Shown here: positions 20,552-30,907 of the stretch, in pieces | Layout of the letters: each line of letters opens with the position of its first letter | How positions within the stretch are numbered: position 1 is the stretch's first letter | DNA from: Bacillota bacterium | Lineage (GTDB): Bacteria; Bacillota; Sulfobacillia; JAJZYS01; JAJYTV01 | Assembly: GCA_021847575.1 (NCBI GenBank) | Contig: JAJZQO010000007.1 | Location: 430 to 64,429, forward strand | DNA length: 64,000 nucleotides | Direction: 5' to 3' | The notes under the pieces: model-generated | The model's input: only the letters and a program-made list of their open reading frames with translations | Database searches by the model: none | What the model was told of the DNA's origin: nothing | Position numbers and translations under genes: made by a program

Positions 20552-21868
20552 TCAGGCGGAGGACGCCGGCGTGTCGACCGCCTGCGCTGTCGGCCTTTGC
20601 ATGTGTCCCGGGTATACGGCGGTCAGCAGCACGATGCCGCCGATCAGCGGCAGGATGCCCGCGACCAGGAAGGCCGGCAGGAAGTCCGCGCCGTGGATCA
20701 GGAAGGCGCCCGTGATCACAGGCGATAGCGTGACGAAGAGGTTGGCGATCAGGAAGATCCAGCCGGTCGCGGAGCCCGCCCGGTCGGCGAGCGTGTCGAC
20801 GGGGATCACCTGGAATATCGAGGCGGAGAGCTCGTTGCAGCCTTCGGCGATGAAGAGCAGCACAGCGACCGCCGCGATGCTCTGCGCGAAGAGGGTTGCC
20901 AGGATGGCGAGACCGAAGATGAACTGGCCCGCCGCCGCAAGGTAGCTGCGCGCCTTGCGCAGGTCCCGGGTACGGTGGTAGACCGCGTCGGTGATGAAGC
21001 CGGCCAGGAGGCCCATCAGCGCGCCGCCGATCCACGGTCCGACCGTCGCGGCGGCGGCCTGCTCCAGGTTCAGGTGCTTGGCCACGACGAAATACGCCGG
21101 CAGCCAGGCCACGAGAAAGATGAACGACCAGCCCGAGAGACCCCAGGCGAGGCCTGTGCCGGTGATGGTCGACGACCGGATGATCGTGCGCAGCGGGATG
21201 CGCTCGGCCTGCGTCGGCTTCGGCATGTAGGAAGCCTGCTGCGCGGGGACGAAGCGGCTCTCCTGGGGTCGGTTGTGCACGAAGGCGAGCCAGAGGACCA
21301 GCACCACGACGCCCAGGCCGCCCAGCAGGTAGAGCGGCGTCTGCCAGCCATGGGCGAACTCGAGCGGCAGGCCAATGCCAATCAGCACGAGCGTGCCCAA
21401 CGGGAAGGTGAAGTTGAAGATCGCCGCCGCCCGGCCACGCTCAGGTGGAGGGGTCCACAGGCCAATCACCCGGTTGCCTACGGGTGTCGCCCCTCCGTTG
21501 CCCCCGATCCCGTAGATGACGCGGGCCAGGATCATCGAGCCCATCGAACCGGAGGCGCCCCAGAGGAAGTCGCCGACCGTCGCGAGAGCCAGCAGAACGC
21601 CGCCGACCAGCTTGGGGCCGTAGCGGTCCGCGAGATAGCCGCCGACCATCGCCATCGCGATCGCGATCCAGCTGCTCACCGAGGAAAGCGCCCCGACCTG
21701 GGCCGAGCTGAAGTGGAAGACCTTGAGGAGCACGGGGTTTACGATGCTTGTCGCGAGCAGGGACATGTTCTCGAAGAGGCCGAACAGGAAGATGATGGCG
21801 ATGATGGCCCAGCGGTACCCCGGGTAGCTGGCGGTCGCCGGACCGCCCCTTGGCAGTCTCTCGTCCAT
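20552..21868 (-). CDS. MFS transporter (ACS/organic anion-like)
   Basis: 12 hydrophobic segments, GYLADRYGPK, WTPPPERGRA, WLPAYF. Confidence 0.88.
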   Translation of the reverse strand: MDERLPRGGPATASYPGYRWAIIAIIFLFGLFENMSLLATSIVNPVLLKVFHFSSAQVGALSSVSSWIAIAMAMVGGYLADRYGPKLVGGVLLALATVGDFLWGASGSMGSMILARVIYGIGGNGGATPVGNRVIGLWTPPPERGRAAAIFNFTFPLGTLVLIGIGLPLEFAHGWQTPLYLLGGLGVVVLVLWLAFVHNRPQESRFVPAQQASYMPKPTQAERIPLRTIIRSSTITGTGLAWGLSGWSFIFLVAWLPAYFVVAKHLNLEQAAAATVGPWIGGALMGLLAGFITDAVYHRTRDLRKARSYLAAAGQFIFGLAILATLFAQSIAAVAVLLFIAEGCNELSASIFQVIPVDTLADRAGSATGWIFLIANLFVTLSPVITGAFLIHGADFLPAFLVAGILPLIGGIVLLTAVYPGHMQRPTAQAVDTPASSA

Positions 21869-21884
21869 CTCGTCCGCTCCTTTT

Positions 21885-23054
21885 CTAGGACACCCTCGCG
21901 CCCACCCCGGGCGTGAGCCGCGCCGCCCGCAGGTAGGTCGTACCGTCGAGCAGCAGGCGGGCGGTGCGCAGATAGCCGGCCCGCACGATCTCGATCTCCC
22001 GGCCCGCGACCCTGACCTCCACCTCCACCTCCATTCGCCCGCTGGGATGGCCGATGCGCAGGAGGGCGTCCTGCGCGGGGCGCGCCACCTCGTAGGCCAC
22101 CGTACCCGGGATGCGGGCACCCACGGCGAGCGTGACGCTCGCCGCGCCGGGGAAGGCCTTGTGCAGCGTCAGCGGCTGACCGCCGTTGACCTGCGCCGCG
22201 ATGTCCATCGCGTCCGCCGACACCTCGCCCGTGCCGACCACGAGCGGGTACTGGTGCGGCGCGGCCACCAGGATCGGGATCGGCGTGAGCCGGCCCTCGG
22301 GCACGCCGACGTGCCGCGCGACCGCGCGCTGCAGGAGATCCGTGCGCCGCAGGGCCTCCTCGTCCGGTGCCGAAGGCAGGCGCGCCGGGTCCAGGCCGAG
22401 TTCTTCGGCCCGCACCATGAAGCAGAGGTTCGCGATGTCGACGATCGACACCGTGACGGTGCCGAGCCCATCCACCTGCAGGCGGTCCTGCACGTTGCCG
22501 GTGGGCAGGAGGCGACCGGTGGTGCTGCCCGCCGTCAGGCGGTAGTCCATGCGGACCCTGGCGCCTGTGCCGGGCACGCCGTCGATCGCGAGGTCTCCCT
22601 CGACGGCCGCGTGCCCGGCCACGACCGGCACATCCGAGAGCAGGACGGTCCTTGTGTTGTGGTTGTAGATGCGCACCTGCGTCCAAGGTTCGACCGCTGC
22701 CACGAGCCCCTTCTCGATCGCGTACACGCCCACGGCCGCCGAGATGTTGCCGCACAGCATGTCGAAGTGCACCTGCGCGGTATGGGTCCCGACCTGCGCG
22801 AAGGTGTAGTCGATGTCGGCTCCAGGCACGGAAGGGGCGCCGACGATCGCCACCTTGCTCGTCAGAAGGTCTGCGCCGCCGAGACCGTCGATCTGCCTGG
22901 GATCGGGGCTGCCCATCAGCGCCAGGAGGAACTGTGCGCGCTCCGCCTCCCCGGCCGGCACCGCGGACTCCGGCAGGAACACGGCCTTGCTCGTACCGCC
23001 GCGCATGATGGTGCAGGGCACCGCGGTCATCTCCGTACCGTACGCGCTGCTCAT
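21885..23054 (-). CDS. PrpF family isomerase (methylitaconate isomerase/PrpF/LigU-like)
   Basis: MRGGTSK, GSPDPRQIDGLGG..LTSKVAIV, CGNISAAVG, IGHPSG, RTAR. Confidence 0.9.
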   Translation of the reverse strand: MSSAYGTEMTAVPCTIMRGGTSKAVFLPESAVPAGEAERAQFLLALMGSPDPRQIDGLGGADLLTSKVAIVGAPSVPGADIDYTFAQVGTHTAQVHFDMLCGNISAAVGVYAIEKGLVAAVEPWTQVRIYNHNTRTVLLSDVPVVAGHAAVEGDLAIDGVPGTGARVRMDYRLTAGSTTGRLLPTGNVQDRLQVDGLGTVTVSIVDIANLCFMVRAEELGLDPARLPSAPDEEALRRTDLLQRAVARHVGVPEGRLTPIPILVAAPHQYPLVVGTGEVSADAMDIAAQVNGGQPLTLHKAFPGAASVTLAVGARIPGTVAYEVARPAQDALLRIGHPSGRMEVEVEVRVAGREIEIVRAGYLRTARLLLDGTTYLRAARLTPGVGARVS

Positions 23055-23073
23055 GACAGCCCCTCCCTATCGC

Positions 23074-24216
23074 CTACAGCGTCAGGATGTTGACGGTGCA
23101 GGCCGTGCCCTCGACACCGCGCGCCTTGCCGCCGCGGCAGTGCGCCAGCCCGACCTTCAGCCCCTGCACCTGGCGGTCGCCCGCCTCGCCGCGCAGCTGC
23201 TTGACGATCTCGATGACCTGCGCGACGCCTGTGGCGCCCAAGGGGTGCCCCTTGCCGAGCAGGCCGCCGCTCGTGTTCACCGGCAAACGGCCGCCGAGAC
23301 TGGCCTCGCCGCGCTCCACGGCCTTCGGGTACTCGCCGAACGGGAAGAGGTGCAGCCCTTCGATGCGCGTCGTCTCCGCGATCGAGAAGCAGTCGTGCAC
23401 CTCGGCCATCTGGATGTCCTCGGGCCCCAGCCCCGCCTGCTCGTACGCCGCGAGCGCCGTCCGCCAGGTCAGGTCCTCCCTGGTCATGTCGACGAGCCCA
23501 ACCTCCATCCGCCCGCTGCGCAAGGCGGACGCCACAAGCCGCACGGTCCGCGCCTGGCCGAGCTGCCGGCGCTTCTTCTCGCTCACGAGCACGACGGCGG
23601 CCGCCCCGTCGGAGACGGGCGCGCACTCGTCGCGGTGCAGGGGTTCGGCGATCAACGGGCCCGCAAGGACCTCGTCCACGCTGATCGGCTTCTTGAACTG
23701 GGCGAGCGGGTTGAGCGAGGCGTTGAACTTGTTCTTGGCGGCGATCGCGGCGAGCTGGCGCGGCGTCGTGCCGTACTGCTCGAAGTGCCTGCGGGCCCGC
23801 ATCGCGTAGACCGACGGCATGGTCAGCCCGATCTGCGCCTCGATATCGCTCTCGTCGGGCTGCAGCGCACCGCGGAACTTGGTCGAGAGGTGCTCGACGC
23901 CAACCGCCAGCACCATGTCGTAGGCGCCCGCCCGCAGCGCGGTCGCGGCCTCGAAGATCGCGGTCGAGCCGCTCGAGCAGGCGTTCTCCACGTTGGTGAT
24001 CGGCAGGCCCGAGAGACCGGCCGCGCCGAGTGCGCGCTGGCCCATCGCCATGCCCTGGTAGACGTGTCCGACCCATGCCGCCTCGATATCCATCGTGCCG
24101 ACCCCGGCATCGTCCAGCGCGCCCAGGATCGCCTCCGCGGCGAGATCCGCCGCGGAGCGGTCCGGGTGCTTGCCGAACGCGGTCATGCCGACGCCGGCGA
24201 TGTAGACGCCTTCCAT
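23074..24216 (-). CDS. SCP-x/BbsB-type thiolase
   Basis: ENACSSGS, EVHDCF, GHPLGATG; adjacent DUF35 partner. Confidence 0.88.
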   Translation of the reverse strand: MEGVYIAGVGMTAFGKHPDRSAADLAAEAILGALDDAGVGTMDIEAAWVGHVYQGMAMGQRALGAAGLSGLPITNVENACSSGSTAIFEAATALRAGAYDMVLAVGVEHLSTKFRGALQPDESDIEAQIGLTMPSVYAMRARRHFEQYGTTPRQLAAIAAKNKFNASLNPLAQFKKPISVDEVLAGPLIAEPLHRDECAPVSDGAAAVVLVSEKKRRQLGQARTVRLVASALRSGRMEVGLVDMTREDLTWRTALAAYEQAGLGPEDIQMAEVHDCFSIAETTRIEGLHLFPFGEYPKAVERGEASLGGRLPVNTSGGLLGKGHPLGATGVAQVIEIVKQLRGEAGDRQVQGLKVGLAHCRGGKARGVEGTACTVNILTL

Positions 24217-24228
24217 CGCGCCGCCTCC

Positions 24229-24636
24229 TTACTTCTGGACGGGCCTGGCGTGGACGAGCGGCACGAGATTGCCTGCCTCGACGCGCGGGCCGTCTTCCAT
24301 CGCGAGTTCGACCTTGTCCCCGATCTGCGGCTCCGCCGTGTCGGACAAGGGCATCAGTACCCGCACGTCCTGCGGGAAGTCGACATAGACGAGCACGTAC
24401 GGCGGCTTGAACTCCGGCGTCGAGCGGTGCACGCGGCTCCAGGTGTAGACGGTGCCCTCGGGCCCGAGCAGGAGCTTATCCCCGCCCCGGTGGCCACAGC
24501 GCGCGCAGACGGCCTGCGGCGGGTAGAACGCGGCACCGCACTGCGGGCAGCTGCTGCCGACGAGGCACAGCCGCCCTCCCTCGTACTCGAAGACATCCGG
24601 GCCGTGGACCTCGGGTGCGCTCTTCATCTCCGACAC
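24229..24636 (-). CDS. DUF35 Zn-ribbon/OB-fold thiolase partner (BbsA-like)
   Basis: CPQCG..FYPP...CARCG, GTVYTWSRV, PPYVLVYVD. Confidence 0.88.
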   Translation of the reverse strand: MSEMKSAPEVHGPDVFEYEGGRLCLVGSSCPQCGAAFYPPQAVCARCGHRGGDKLLLGPEGTVYTWSRVHRSTPEFKPPYVLVYVDFPQDVRVLMPLSDTAEPQIGDKVELAMEDGPRVEAGNLVPLVHARPVQK

Positions 24637-24668
24637 TCTGTCCCCTTCCTTCTCTGTGGCTGCAGCCG

Positions 24669-25418
24669 CTAGTAGGCTCCTACGCTGCGACCGCCGCAGA
24701 CGTAGATGACCTGCCCGTTGATGTAGCCGGAGTCGTCGTCGGCGAAGAAGGCGACGGCATCGGCCACCTCCTCCGGTCTGCCGACGCGCTGCACCGGTAC
24801 GGTCTTCGCCATGCGCTCCTGGTGTTCGGGCTTTAGGGCCCTGTAGAGCGGCGTGTCGATGAGGCCCGGCGCGACTGCGTTCGTCGTGATCTGGTAGCGC
24901 CCGCTCTCCAGCGCGAGCGTGCGCGTCAGGCTGACGATGCCGCCCTTCGACGCGCTGTAGTTGACCTGGCCGGCGCCGCCGAGCCAGGCGCGCGACGCGA
25001 TGTTGACGATGCGGCCGTACTGCTTCTCGATCATCACGCGCGTCGCGGCACGCGCGAGCAGGAAGGCGGACTTGAGGTTGACGCGGATGACGTCGTCGAA
25101 CATCTCGTCGGTCATCTTCGTGAGATAGGCGTCCCTGGCGATGCCGGCGTTGTTCACGAGGATGTCGAGCGTGCCGAACGTCTTGACCGCGTGCTCGACC
25201 GCCGCGTCGGCCACCTCCGCCTGGGAGATGTCGCCGACGAACGCGGAAACCGTGAAGCCCTCCTGGCGCAGGGTCTGCTCGATCTCCTGCGCCCGCTCCG
25301 CGGCGACGTCGTTCAGCACGACCTTGGCCCCCGCCTGGCAGAGGCGCCTCGCGATCGCCGCCCCGATGCCCTGGCCGCTGCCGGTGACCAGTGCGACCCT
25401 CTGCTGCATGCCCTTCAT
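24669..25418 (-). CDS. Short-chain dehydrogenase/reductase (hydroxyacyl-CoA dehydrogenase-like)
   Basis: TGSGQGIG, NNAG, YSASK; Asp at the end of beta2 suggests NAD. Confidence 0.88.
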   Translation of the reverse strand: MKGMQQRVALVTGSGQGIGAAIARRLCQAGAKVVLNDVAAERAQEIEQTLRQEGFTVSAFVGDISQAEVADAAVEHAVKTFGTLDILVNNAGIARDAYLTKMTDEMFDDVIRVNLKSAFLLARAATRVMIEKQYGRIVNIASRAWLGGAGQVNYSASKGGIVSLTRTLALESGRYQITTNAVAPGLIDTPLYRALKPEHQERMAKTVPVQRVGRPEEVADAVAFFADDDSGYINGQVIYVCGGRSVGAY

Positions 25419-25437
25419 GCCGACCGCCCCTTTCCTG

Positions 25438-26220
25438 TCACTGTCCGGTGAACTGCGGCTCGCGCTTCTCGACGAAGGCGCGCATGCCTTCCTCGCGATC
25501 GCGCGACTTGCGCAGGATCGCGTGGCTCTGCGCCTCGAACGCGAGCCCTGACGCGAGGTCGGTACTCTCCGCCACGTAAACGCACTGCTTGATCGCCGCG
25601 ATGGAGAGCGGAGCCCGCTTCGCCATCGCCGCCGCCCACGCCAGGCTGGCCTCGTCGAGCTCGCCCTGCTCCACGACCTTCTCGACGAGTCCCCACTGCA
25701 GCGCCTGGTCGGCGCCGATGCGTTCCCCGGAGAACATCAGACTCATCGCCCTGCCTGGTCCGACCAGCCGCGGCAGGCGCTGCGTGCCGCCGGCGCCGGG
25801 CAGGCTGCCGACGTTCGCCTCAGGGAAGCCGAACTTCGCCGTGCGGTCTGCGATGCGCAGATCGCAGGCCAGGGCGAGCTCGAGGCCGCCGCCCAGCACG
25901 TAGCCGGCGAGCGCGGCGATCACGGGCTTCGACATGCTCTCGATGTAGGCAAAGAGCTCCCGGATGATCACGCCCAGGGGATCCCGCAGGGCGCCCGCCT
26001 CGTACTCGGCGACCCGACCCTTGATGTCCGCCCCGACCGAGAACGCCTTCGGCTGCCCTGCCAGCACCACCGCCCGCACGTCGCCGTCGAGGTCTAGCTC
26101 GCCCAGCATGCGCCTGAGGTCCGCGAGCATCTCCGGCGTGAGCGCGTTCAGGGCCGACTCGCGGTTGATCCTGATGCGCGCCACCTTGTCGTGCCGCTCC
26201 AGCTGCAGGAGTTCGTCCAT
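25438..26220 (-). CDS. Enoyl-CoA hydratase (crotonase family)
   Basis: [20 protein letters not shown]...[12 protein letters not shown]; both catalytic Glu present. Confidence 0.9.
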   Translation of the reverse strand: MDELLQLERHDKVARIRINRESALNALTPEMLADLRRMLGELDLDGDVRAVVLAGQPKAFSVGADIKGRVAEYEAGALRDPLGVIIRELFAYIESMSKPVIAALAGYVLGGGLELALACDLRIADRTAKFGFPEANVGSLPGAGGTQRLPRLVGPGRAMSLMFSGERIGADQALQWGLVEKVVEQGELDEASLAWAAAMAKRAPLSIAAIKQCVYVAESTDLASGLAFEAQSHAILRKSRDREEGMRAFVEKREPQFTGQ

Positions 26221-26265
26221 CGCATTGGCCTCCTCAAGAGATTGCCTGCCTAAAGCGCAGGCGGA

Positions 26266-27504
26266 TCAGGACCTGCCTTGCGCCTGCGCGGCCTCGTCCA
26301 GGTCCTGCGCCGCCCGCACGGCCCCGCGCTCGAGGAGGTCCCTGATCTCCTCCGGCGCGCAGCCGATCTCCACCAGGATCTGCCGGCTGTGCTCCCCGAC
26401 GAGCGGCGCCGGCCCGGCCGGCTGCGCGGGCGACTCGGCCAACAGCGCGGGCACCGCGACGCCTGGCACCGCGCCGAGCACAGGGTGCGTCAGCTGCGGG
26501 AAGCGCCCAGGGTTCATCACGTGCGGCAGGGCCGCGAGAGCGTCGAAGTCCAGCACCTGCGCGCAGAGGATGTCCTCCCGCTCGAGGATCTCGACCCACT
26601 CGCCCGTGCTGCGCACGCGAAAGTACCCACTCAATGCCTCGTACAGCGCGGGGCGGTTCTCCACCCTGCTGGCGACGTCCTTGAAGCGGGGATCCGTCGC
26701 CAGGTCCGCTGCGCCCAGCAGGCGCGTGAGGCGAGCCCAGCGGTCAGGCCAGTAGGCGGCCACCATCAGGAAGCCGTCCTGCGTGGGGTAGACCTCGTTC
26801 GGCGCCGAGTAGGGGGCGGCGCTCCCCATGCGCCCTGGCGACTTGCCGCTCGCGAGGTACATCGACCAGGGCACGGTCTGGAAAAAAAGGAGGCTCTGCA
26901 GGAGCGAGACGTCCACGCGTTGCCCGCGGCCGGTCTGTGTCCTGTGCAACAGCGCCAGCAGGATGCCCTGCACCGCGTTCATCGCGGCCACCATGTCCGC
27001 GGCCGGCACCCCGACCTTCACCGGCTGGCCGGCAGGCTCGCCGGTAATGCTCATCAGCCCGCTCATCGCCTGCACGATGCCGTCGACCCCTGGCTTGTCG
27101 CGCCAGGGCCCGTCCTGCCCGAAGGCGGTGATGGCGCAGTAGACGAGCTCCGGGTGCTCGCGCGAGAGTTCCTCGTAGCCGAGGCCGAGCCTGGCCATGA
27201 CCCCTGGCCTGAAGCTCTCCAGGACGACATCGGCGCCCCGCGCCAGGCGGCGCACGATCTCGGGGCCCTCCGGCGACTTGAGGTTGACCGCGATCGAGCG
27301 CTTGTTGCGGTTCATGCCGAGGTATGCGGCGGCGTCCTCGCCGAGGAAGGGTGGGCCAAGCCTGCGGCCCCACTCCCCCTCCGGCGGGTCCACCTTGGTC
27401 ACCTTGGCACCGTAGTCGCCCAGGATCATCGCGGCCGTCGGGCCGGCCGCGCCCTGCGAGAGGTCGAGGACGGTGATCCCCTCAAGGACCGACGGACTCG
27501 GCAT
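26266..27504 (-). CDS. Class III (CaiB/BaiF) CoA transferase
   Basis: LDLS..AGP, NRNKRS, ESFRPG, QAMSGLMSITG, catalytic D in PAADM. Confidence 0.9.
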   Translation of the reverse strand: MPSPSVLEGITVLDLSQGAAGPTAAMILGDYGAKVTKVDPPEGEWGRRLGPPFLGEDAAAYLGMNRNKRSIAVNLKSPEGPEIVRRLARGADVVLESFRPGVMARLGLGYEELSREHPELVYCAITAFGQDGPWRDKPGVDGIVQAMSGLMSITGEPAGQPVKVGVPAADMVAAMNAVQGILLALLHRTQTGRGQRVDVSLLQSLLFFQTVPWSMYLASGKSPGRMGSAAPYSAPNEVYPTQDGFLMVAAYWPDRWARLTRLLGAADLATDPRFKDVASRVENRPALYEALSGYFRVRSTGEWVEILEREDILCAQVLDFDALAALPHVMNPGRFPQLTHPVLGAVPGVAVPALLAESPAQPAGPAPLVGEHSRQILVEIGCAPEEIRDLLERGAVRAAQDLDEAAQAQGRS

Positions 27505-28048
27505 GCAGCGTCCCTCCCTGCGCCATGGCCATCAGCTCCCAGCCCCTGGCCACCGCGATCCGGTTCACGCCGCTGAACCCCTTGGGCGCCCGGCGCTGCG
27601 CCGCCTCCTGCAGAACCGCGCAGGGGATCCGCTCCAGCACGACGCCGACCGCGCCGAGCGCGAGCATGTTGGCGACGATCTTCTCCCTCAGCTCCAGGCG
27701 CGCCGTCCGCTCAAAGGGCAGCACCCAGGCGCTCTGGGGGGCGGCGACCCGCACGCGGTCCCTGTCCACGATCGCGACGGCCTGCGCCTCCAGCTTGGGG
27801 CTGAAGCGGTCCCACGCCTTCTGGCTGAGCGCCAGCAGGACCTGCGGCGCAGCGAACCAGGGGTTGGCGACCGGCTGGTCCGAGAGGGTGACGTCGGCGC
27901 GGCTGGCGCCGCCACGCGCCTCGGGTCCGTAGGACTGCATGATCGTGGCGTAGAGCCCGGCCTGCAGCGCGGCGTCGGCGAGCACCATCGCCGCCAGCCC
28001 CAAACCCTGTCCACCCGAGCCGGCGAGACGGATCTCCTTGCGCCACAT
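27482..28048 (-). CDS. korC: 2-oxoacid:ferredoxin oxidoreductase gamma subunit
   Basis: EIRLAGSGGQG, QSYGPEARGGAS, NMLALG. Confidence 0.85.
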   Translation of the reverse strand: MWRKEIRLAGSGGQGLGLAAMVLADAALQAGLYATIMQSYGPEARGGASRADVTLSDQPVANPWFAAPQVLLALSQKAWDRFSPKLEAQAVAIVDRDRVRVAAPQSAWVLPFERTARLELREKIVANMLALGAVGVVLERIPCAVLQEAAQRRAPKGFSGVNRIAVARGWELMAMAQGGTLHAESVGP

Positions 28049-28050
28049 GG

Positions 28051-28887
28051 CTAGGTCTCCTTCCTCTTGTAGCCCGGTAGCCCGAGGGACTCCTCGAACG
28101 CCGGACGGCTGTCCTCGGACAGCACCCCGATCGGCTGCGTCTCCCGCACCTGCCAGCCCTCCCCGGGTCGCAGCGAAGGCCACTCGGAGAGGTCCCGCGA
28201 GACCTCCTCGTCGGAGCGGGATTGCGTGAACAGGAGGTCCGAGCCGCCGCCGAGGGAGTTCTTGCGCCCGAAGTACTCGGTGCAGTCGGTCATCACCTCG
28301 ACGAACGAGAAGCCGCGGTGGTCGAGCGCCCTCTCGAGCACCTCCTCGAGCGCGTCCGGGCGGAAGGCCTGGCCGCGCCCGACGAAGGAGGCGCCGGCCG
28401 CAGTGGCCAAGGCGGCGGCGTCGAAGTGCGGTTCGGTGTTGCCGGCTGGGCTCGTCGTGGTGAAGGCCTCTCGCACGGTGGTCGGGGCGAGCTGGCCGCC
28501 CGTCATTCCGTACGTCTCGTTGTTGAAGAGAATGCAGGTGAGATCGATGTTGCGGCGCGCCGCGTGGATCAGGTGGTTGCCGCCGATGCCGAGGCCGTCC
28601 CCGTCGCCCGTGACCACGATCACCTTGAGCTCCGGGCGGGCCAGCTTGAGGCCGGACGCGAACGTCAGCGCGCGCCCGTGCGTGGTGTGCAGGGTATTGG
28701 CGTCGATGTAGCCGACAATGCGGCTCGAGCAGCCGATGCCCGCCACGAGCGCAACGTTGTTCAGGTTGTCGTAGCGCCTCGCGAGGACGCGCAGCATGGT
28801 GTTCATCACGATGCCGTGCCCGCAGCCCGGGCAAAGGATGTGCGGCATCATCTCCCGCCGCAGGAGTGCCTTCGCGGTCGTCGTCAT
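28051..28887 (-). CDS. korB: 2-oxoacid:ferredoxin oxidoreductase beta (TPP) subunit
   Basis: CPGCGHG, GIGCSSR, HTTHGRA, GDGDG..IGGNH.IHAARRN, YGMTGGQ. Confidence 0.88.
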   Translation of the reverse strand: MTTTAKALLRREMMPHILCPGCGHGIVMNTMLRVLARRYDNLNNVALVAGIGCSSRIVGYIDANTLHTTHGRALTFASGLKLARPELKVIVVTGDGDGLGIGGNHLIHAARRNIDLTCILFNNETYGMTGGQLAPTTVREAFTTTSPAGNTEPHFDAAALATAAGASFVGRGQAFRPDALEEVLERALDHRGFSFVEVMTDCTEYFGRKNSLGGGSDLLFTQSRSDEEVSRDLSEWPSLRPGEGWQVRETQPIGVLSEDSRPAFEESLGLPGYKRKET

Positions 28888-30026
28888 GAGGACTTCACGC
28901 TCCTCGGCTGGAGATCGGCGGCCGCCGCCAAGAGCTCGTCGGTCGTCACCGGCTCGCCGCCGCTCTTGCCGTGGCTCACGATGCGGATCGACCTGGGCAG
29001 GGCCCTGGCCACCACGTCGACCCACTGGCCACGGTTCAGCTCGGCCACCACAACCGTCTCCGCCCCGGCGAGATCCTCACGCAGCTGCGCGTCCGCCACG
29101 GGCCAGAGCACGCGCGGCCGGTAGAGCCCTGCCGCGACGCCCTCCTCGCGCAGGCGGTCCACCGCCTCGCGCGCGACGCGCGAGACGGCGCCGTACGCGA
29201 CGAAGACGAAGCTCGCGTCTCCCAGGCGGTACTTCTCCGGCGGCAGCCAGAACGGCACCGGCGCCAGCTTGCGCTCGAGCCGCTCGAGGGTCTGCCGCAC
29301 CAGCTCGGCGTTCGTCGAGGGGTAGCCCCGCTCGTCGTGGAAGAGGCCCGTCACATGGAAGCGGTAGCCGTCGCCGAAGCGGGGCATCTGCGCGACCCCC
29401 TCCTCGTTCGGGGCGTAGGCGCGATGGCCGGAGCCCGGCGGGCCCACGGGATCGGGGCGCCGCCAGATGTCCTCGGGCCTGGGTGGCACGAGCTCGACGC
29501 CCTCGCGCATGTGGCCGATGACCTCGTCGAACATCACGACGACGGGGGCGCGCAAGCGGTCCGCGATGTTGAAGGCCTGCACGGTGAGGTCGTAGACCTC
29601 CGCGACGGAGGCCGGGGCGAGCGCCAGGGCCGCCCTGTCGCCGTGCGAGCCCCAGCGCGCCTGCATCACGTCGCCCTGCGAGGGTGCCGTCGGCACGCCC
29701 GTGCTGGGGCCGACACGCATCACGTCGATCACGACGCAGGGGATCTCCGCGAGGCTCGCGTAGCCGAGGTGCTCCTGCATCAGGGTGAAGCCCGGGCCGG
29801 ACGTCGCTGTCATCGCGCGCAGGCCACCGAGCGAGGCACCGATCACCGAGCCGAGCGAGGCCATCTCGTCCTCCATCTGGACGAAGACGCCGCCGGCGCG
29901 CGGCAAGCGCGACGACAGGATCTCGGCGATCTCGGACGACGGCGAGATCGGGTAGCCGCCGAAGAACTTGAGACCCGCCGCCAGGGCCCCGCGCGCGCAC
30001 GCCTCGTTCCCTTGGATCAGTTCCAT
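28884..30026 (-). CDS. korA: 2-oxoacid:ferredoxin oxidoreductase alpha subunit (2-oxoglutarate type)
   Basis: GNEACA, GYPISPSSEI, QMEDE, TATSGPGF.LMQE, RVGPSTG.PT..SQGD..QARWGSHGD. Confidence 0.88.
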   Translation of the reverse strand: MELIQGNEACARGALAAGLKFFGGYPISPSSEIAEILSSRLPRAGGVFVQMEDEMASLGSVIGASLGGLRAMTATSGPGFTLMQEHLGYASLAEIPCVVIDVMRVGPSTGVPTAPSQGDVMQARWGSHGDRAALALAPASVAEVYDLTVQAFNIADRLRAPVVVMFDEVIGHMREGVELVPPRPEDIWRRPDPVGPPGSGHRAYAPNEEGVAQMPRFGDGYRFHVTGLFHDERGYPSTNAELVRQTLERLERKLAPVPFWLPPEKYRLGDASFVFVAYGAVSRVAREAVDRLREEGVAAGLYRPRVLWPVADAQLREDLAGAETVVVAELNRGQWVDVVARALPRSIRIVSHGKSGGEPVTTDELLAAAADLQPRSVKSS

Positions 30027-30027
30027 G

Positions 30028-30885
30028 TCACGCACCTCCCGCCAGGTGCAGGAGGTCGCTCTCCTGCTCACGTACGACGTCGATGGCGAAGTCGGGGCAC
30101 AGCTTCTCGCAAATCCGGCAGCCGGTGCAGCGCTCGGGCGCCGTCGGCCGCGCGATCTCCAGCGCGTCGAGCTGCCAGATCCGCTCCGGGCAGACGTCGA
30201 CGCAGATGCTGCAGCCCTTGCACCACGCCTCCTCGAGCTGCAGCCTGAAGCGCGCCTGCTGCGTCGGGGAGCTGTGCAGGGGCTTCGGCGGTGCGGTGTC
30301 CTGCCAGGCGCGGCCGAGCTCGAAGGCCCGCAGGTTGGCCTCGAGCGCCTTCTTGGGCACCCAGCGCCCGAGCGCGTCGCGCCAGGCCGCGACGGGAAAG
30401 CCGAGCTCGGTCGAGAGCGCGCCGAGCAGCACGACGCCGGCCGTCTTGACGTTGCCTGCCTCTTTCGCCAGCGACTCCGCGTCGACCGCGCGCACTCTGG
30501 GATGCTCGAACGCGGCGAGCGGGTAGTTCACGCCGCCCGCGACGCGGTCCCGCTGCGCGGCCGGCGGCAGGATGCGCTCAGAGCTTGCGAAGACGAGTCC
30601 GTCCGGTGCGAGCAGGGGCAGCCAGCGCAGGGCCTCCGCCCACTCGAAGCCGAGCACGTACTGCAGGCTGCCCTGCTCGATCACCACGTTGTGGACCTCC
30701 GGGCCGAAGCGCACCTGCGCCGAGACGGAGCCGCCGCGCTGCGACATGCCGTGGACCTCGGCCTTCTTGACGTCCAGGCCGTGGCTGAGGCAGAGGTCTG
30801 CGATGATGTTGCCGGCCAGCACCACTCCCTGGCCGCCGACGCCGGCGATGACGACGTTCCCCTGCTGCGGCACCTTGGCTTGCAT
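30028..30885 (-). CDS. iorB: Indolepyruvate/arylpyruvate oxidoreductase beta subunit fused to a C-terminal 2[4Fe-4S] ferredoxin (KorD-like)
   Basis: GVGGQG, EVHGMSQRGGSV..VRFG; C-terminal CKGCSICVDVCP and CTGCRICEKLCPDFAI. Confidence 0.85.
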   Translation of the reverse strand: MQAKVPQQGNVVIAGVGGQGVVLAGNIIADLCLSHGLDVKKAEVHGMSQRGGSVSAQVRFGPEVHNVVIEQGSLQYVLGFEWAEALRWLPLLAPDGLVFASSERILPPAAQRDRVAGGVNYPLAAFEHPRVRAVDAESLAKEAGNVKTAGVVLLGALSTELGFPVAAWRDALGRWVPKKALEANLRAFELGRAWQDTAPPKPLHSSPTQQARFRLQLEEAWCKGCSICVDVCPERIWQLDALEIARPTAPERCTGCRICEKLCPDFAIDVVREQESDLLHLAGGA

Positions 30886-30907
30886 GGCCATCCTCCTTCC
30901 CACTGCC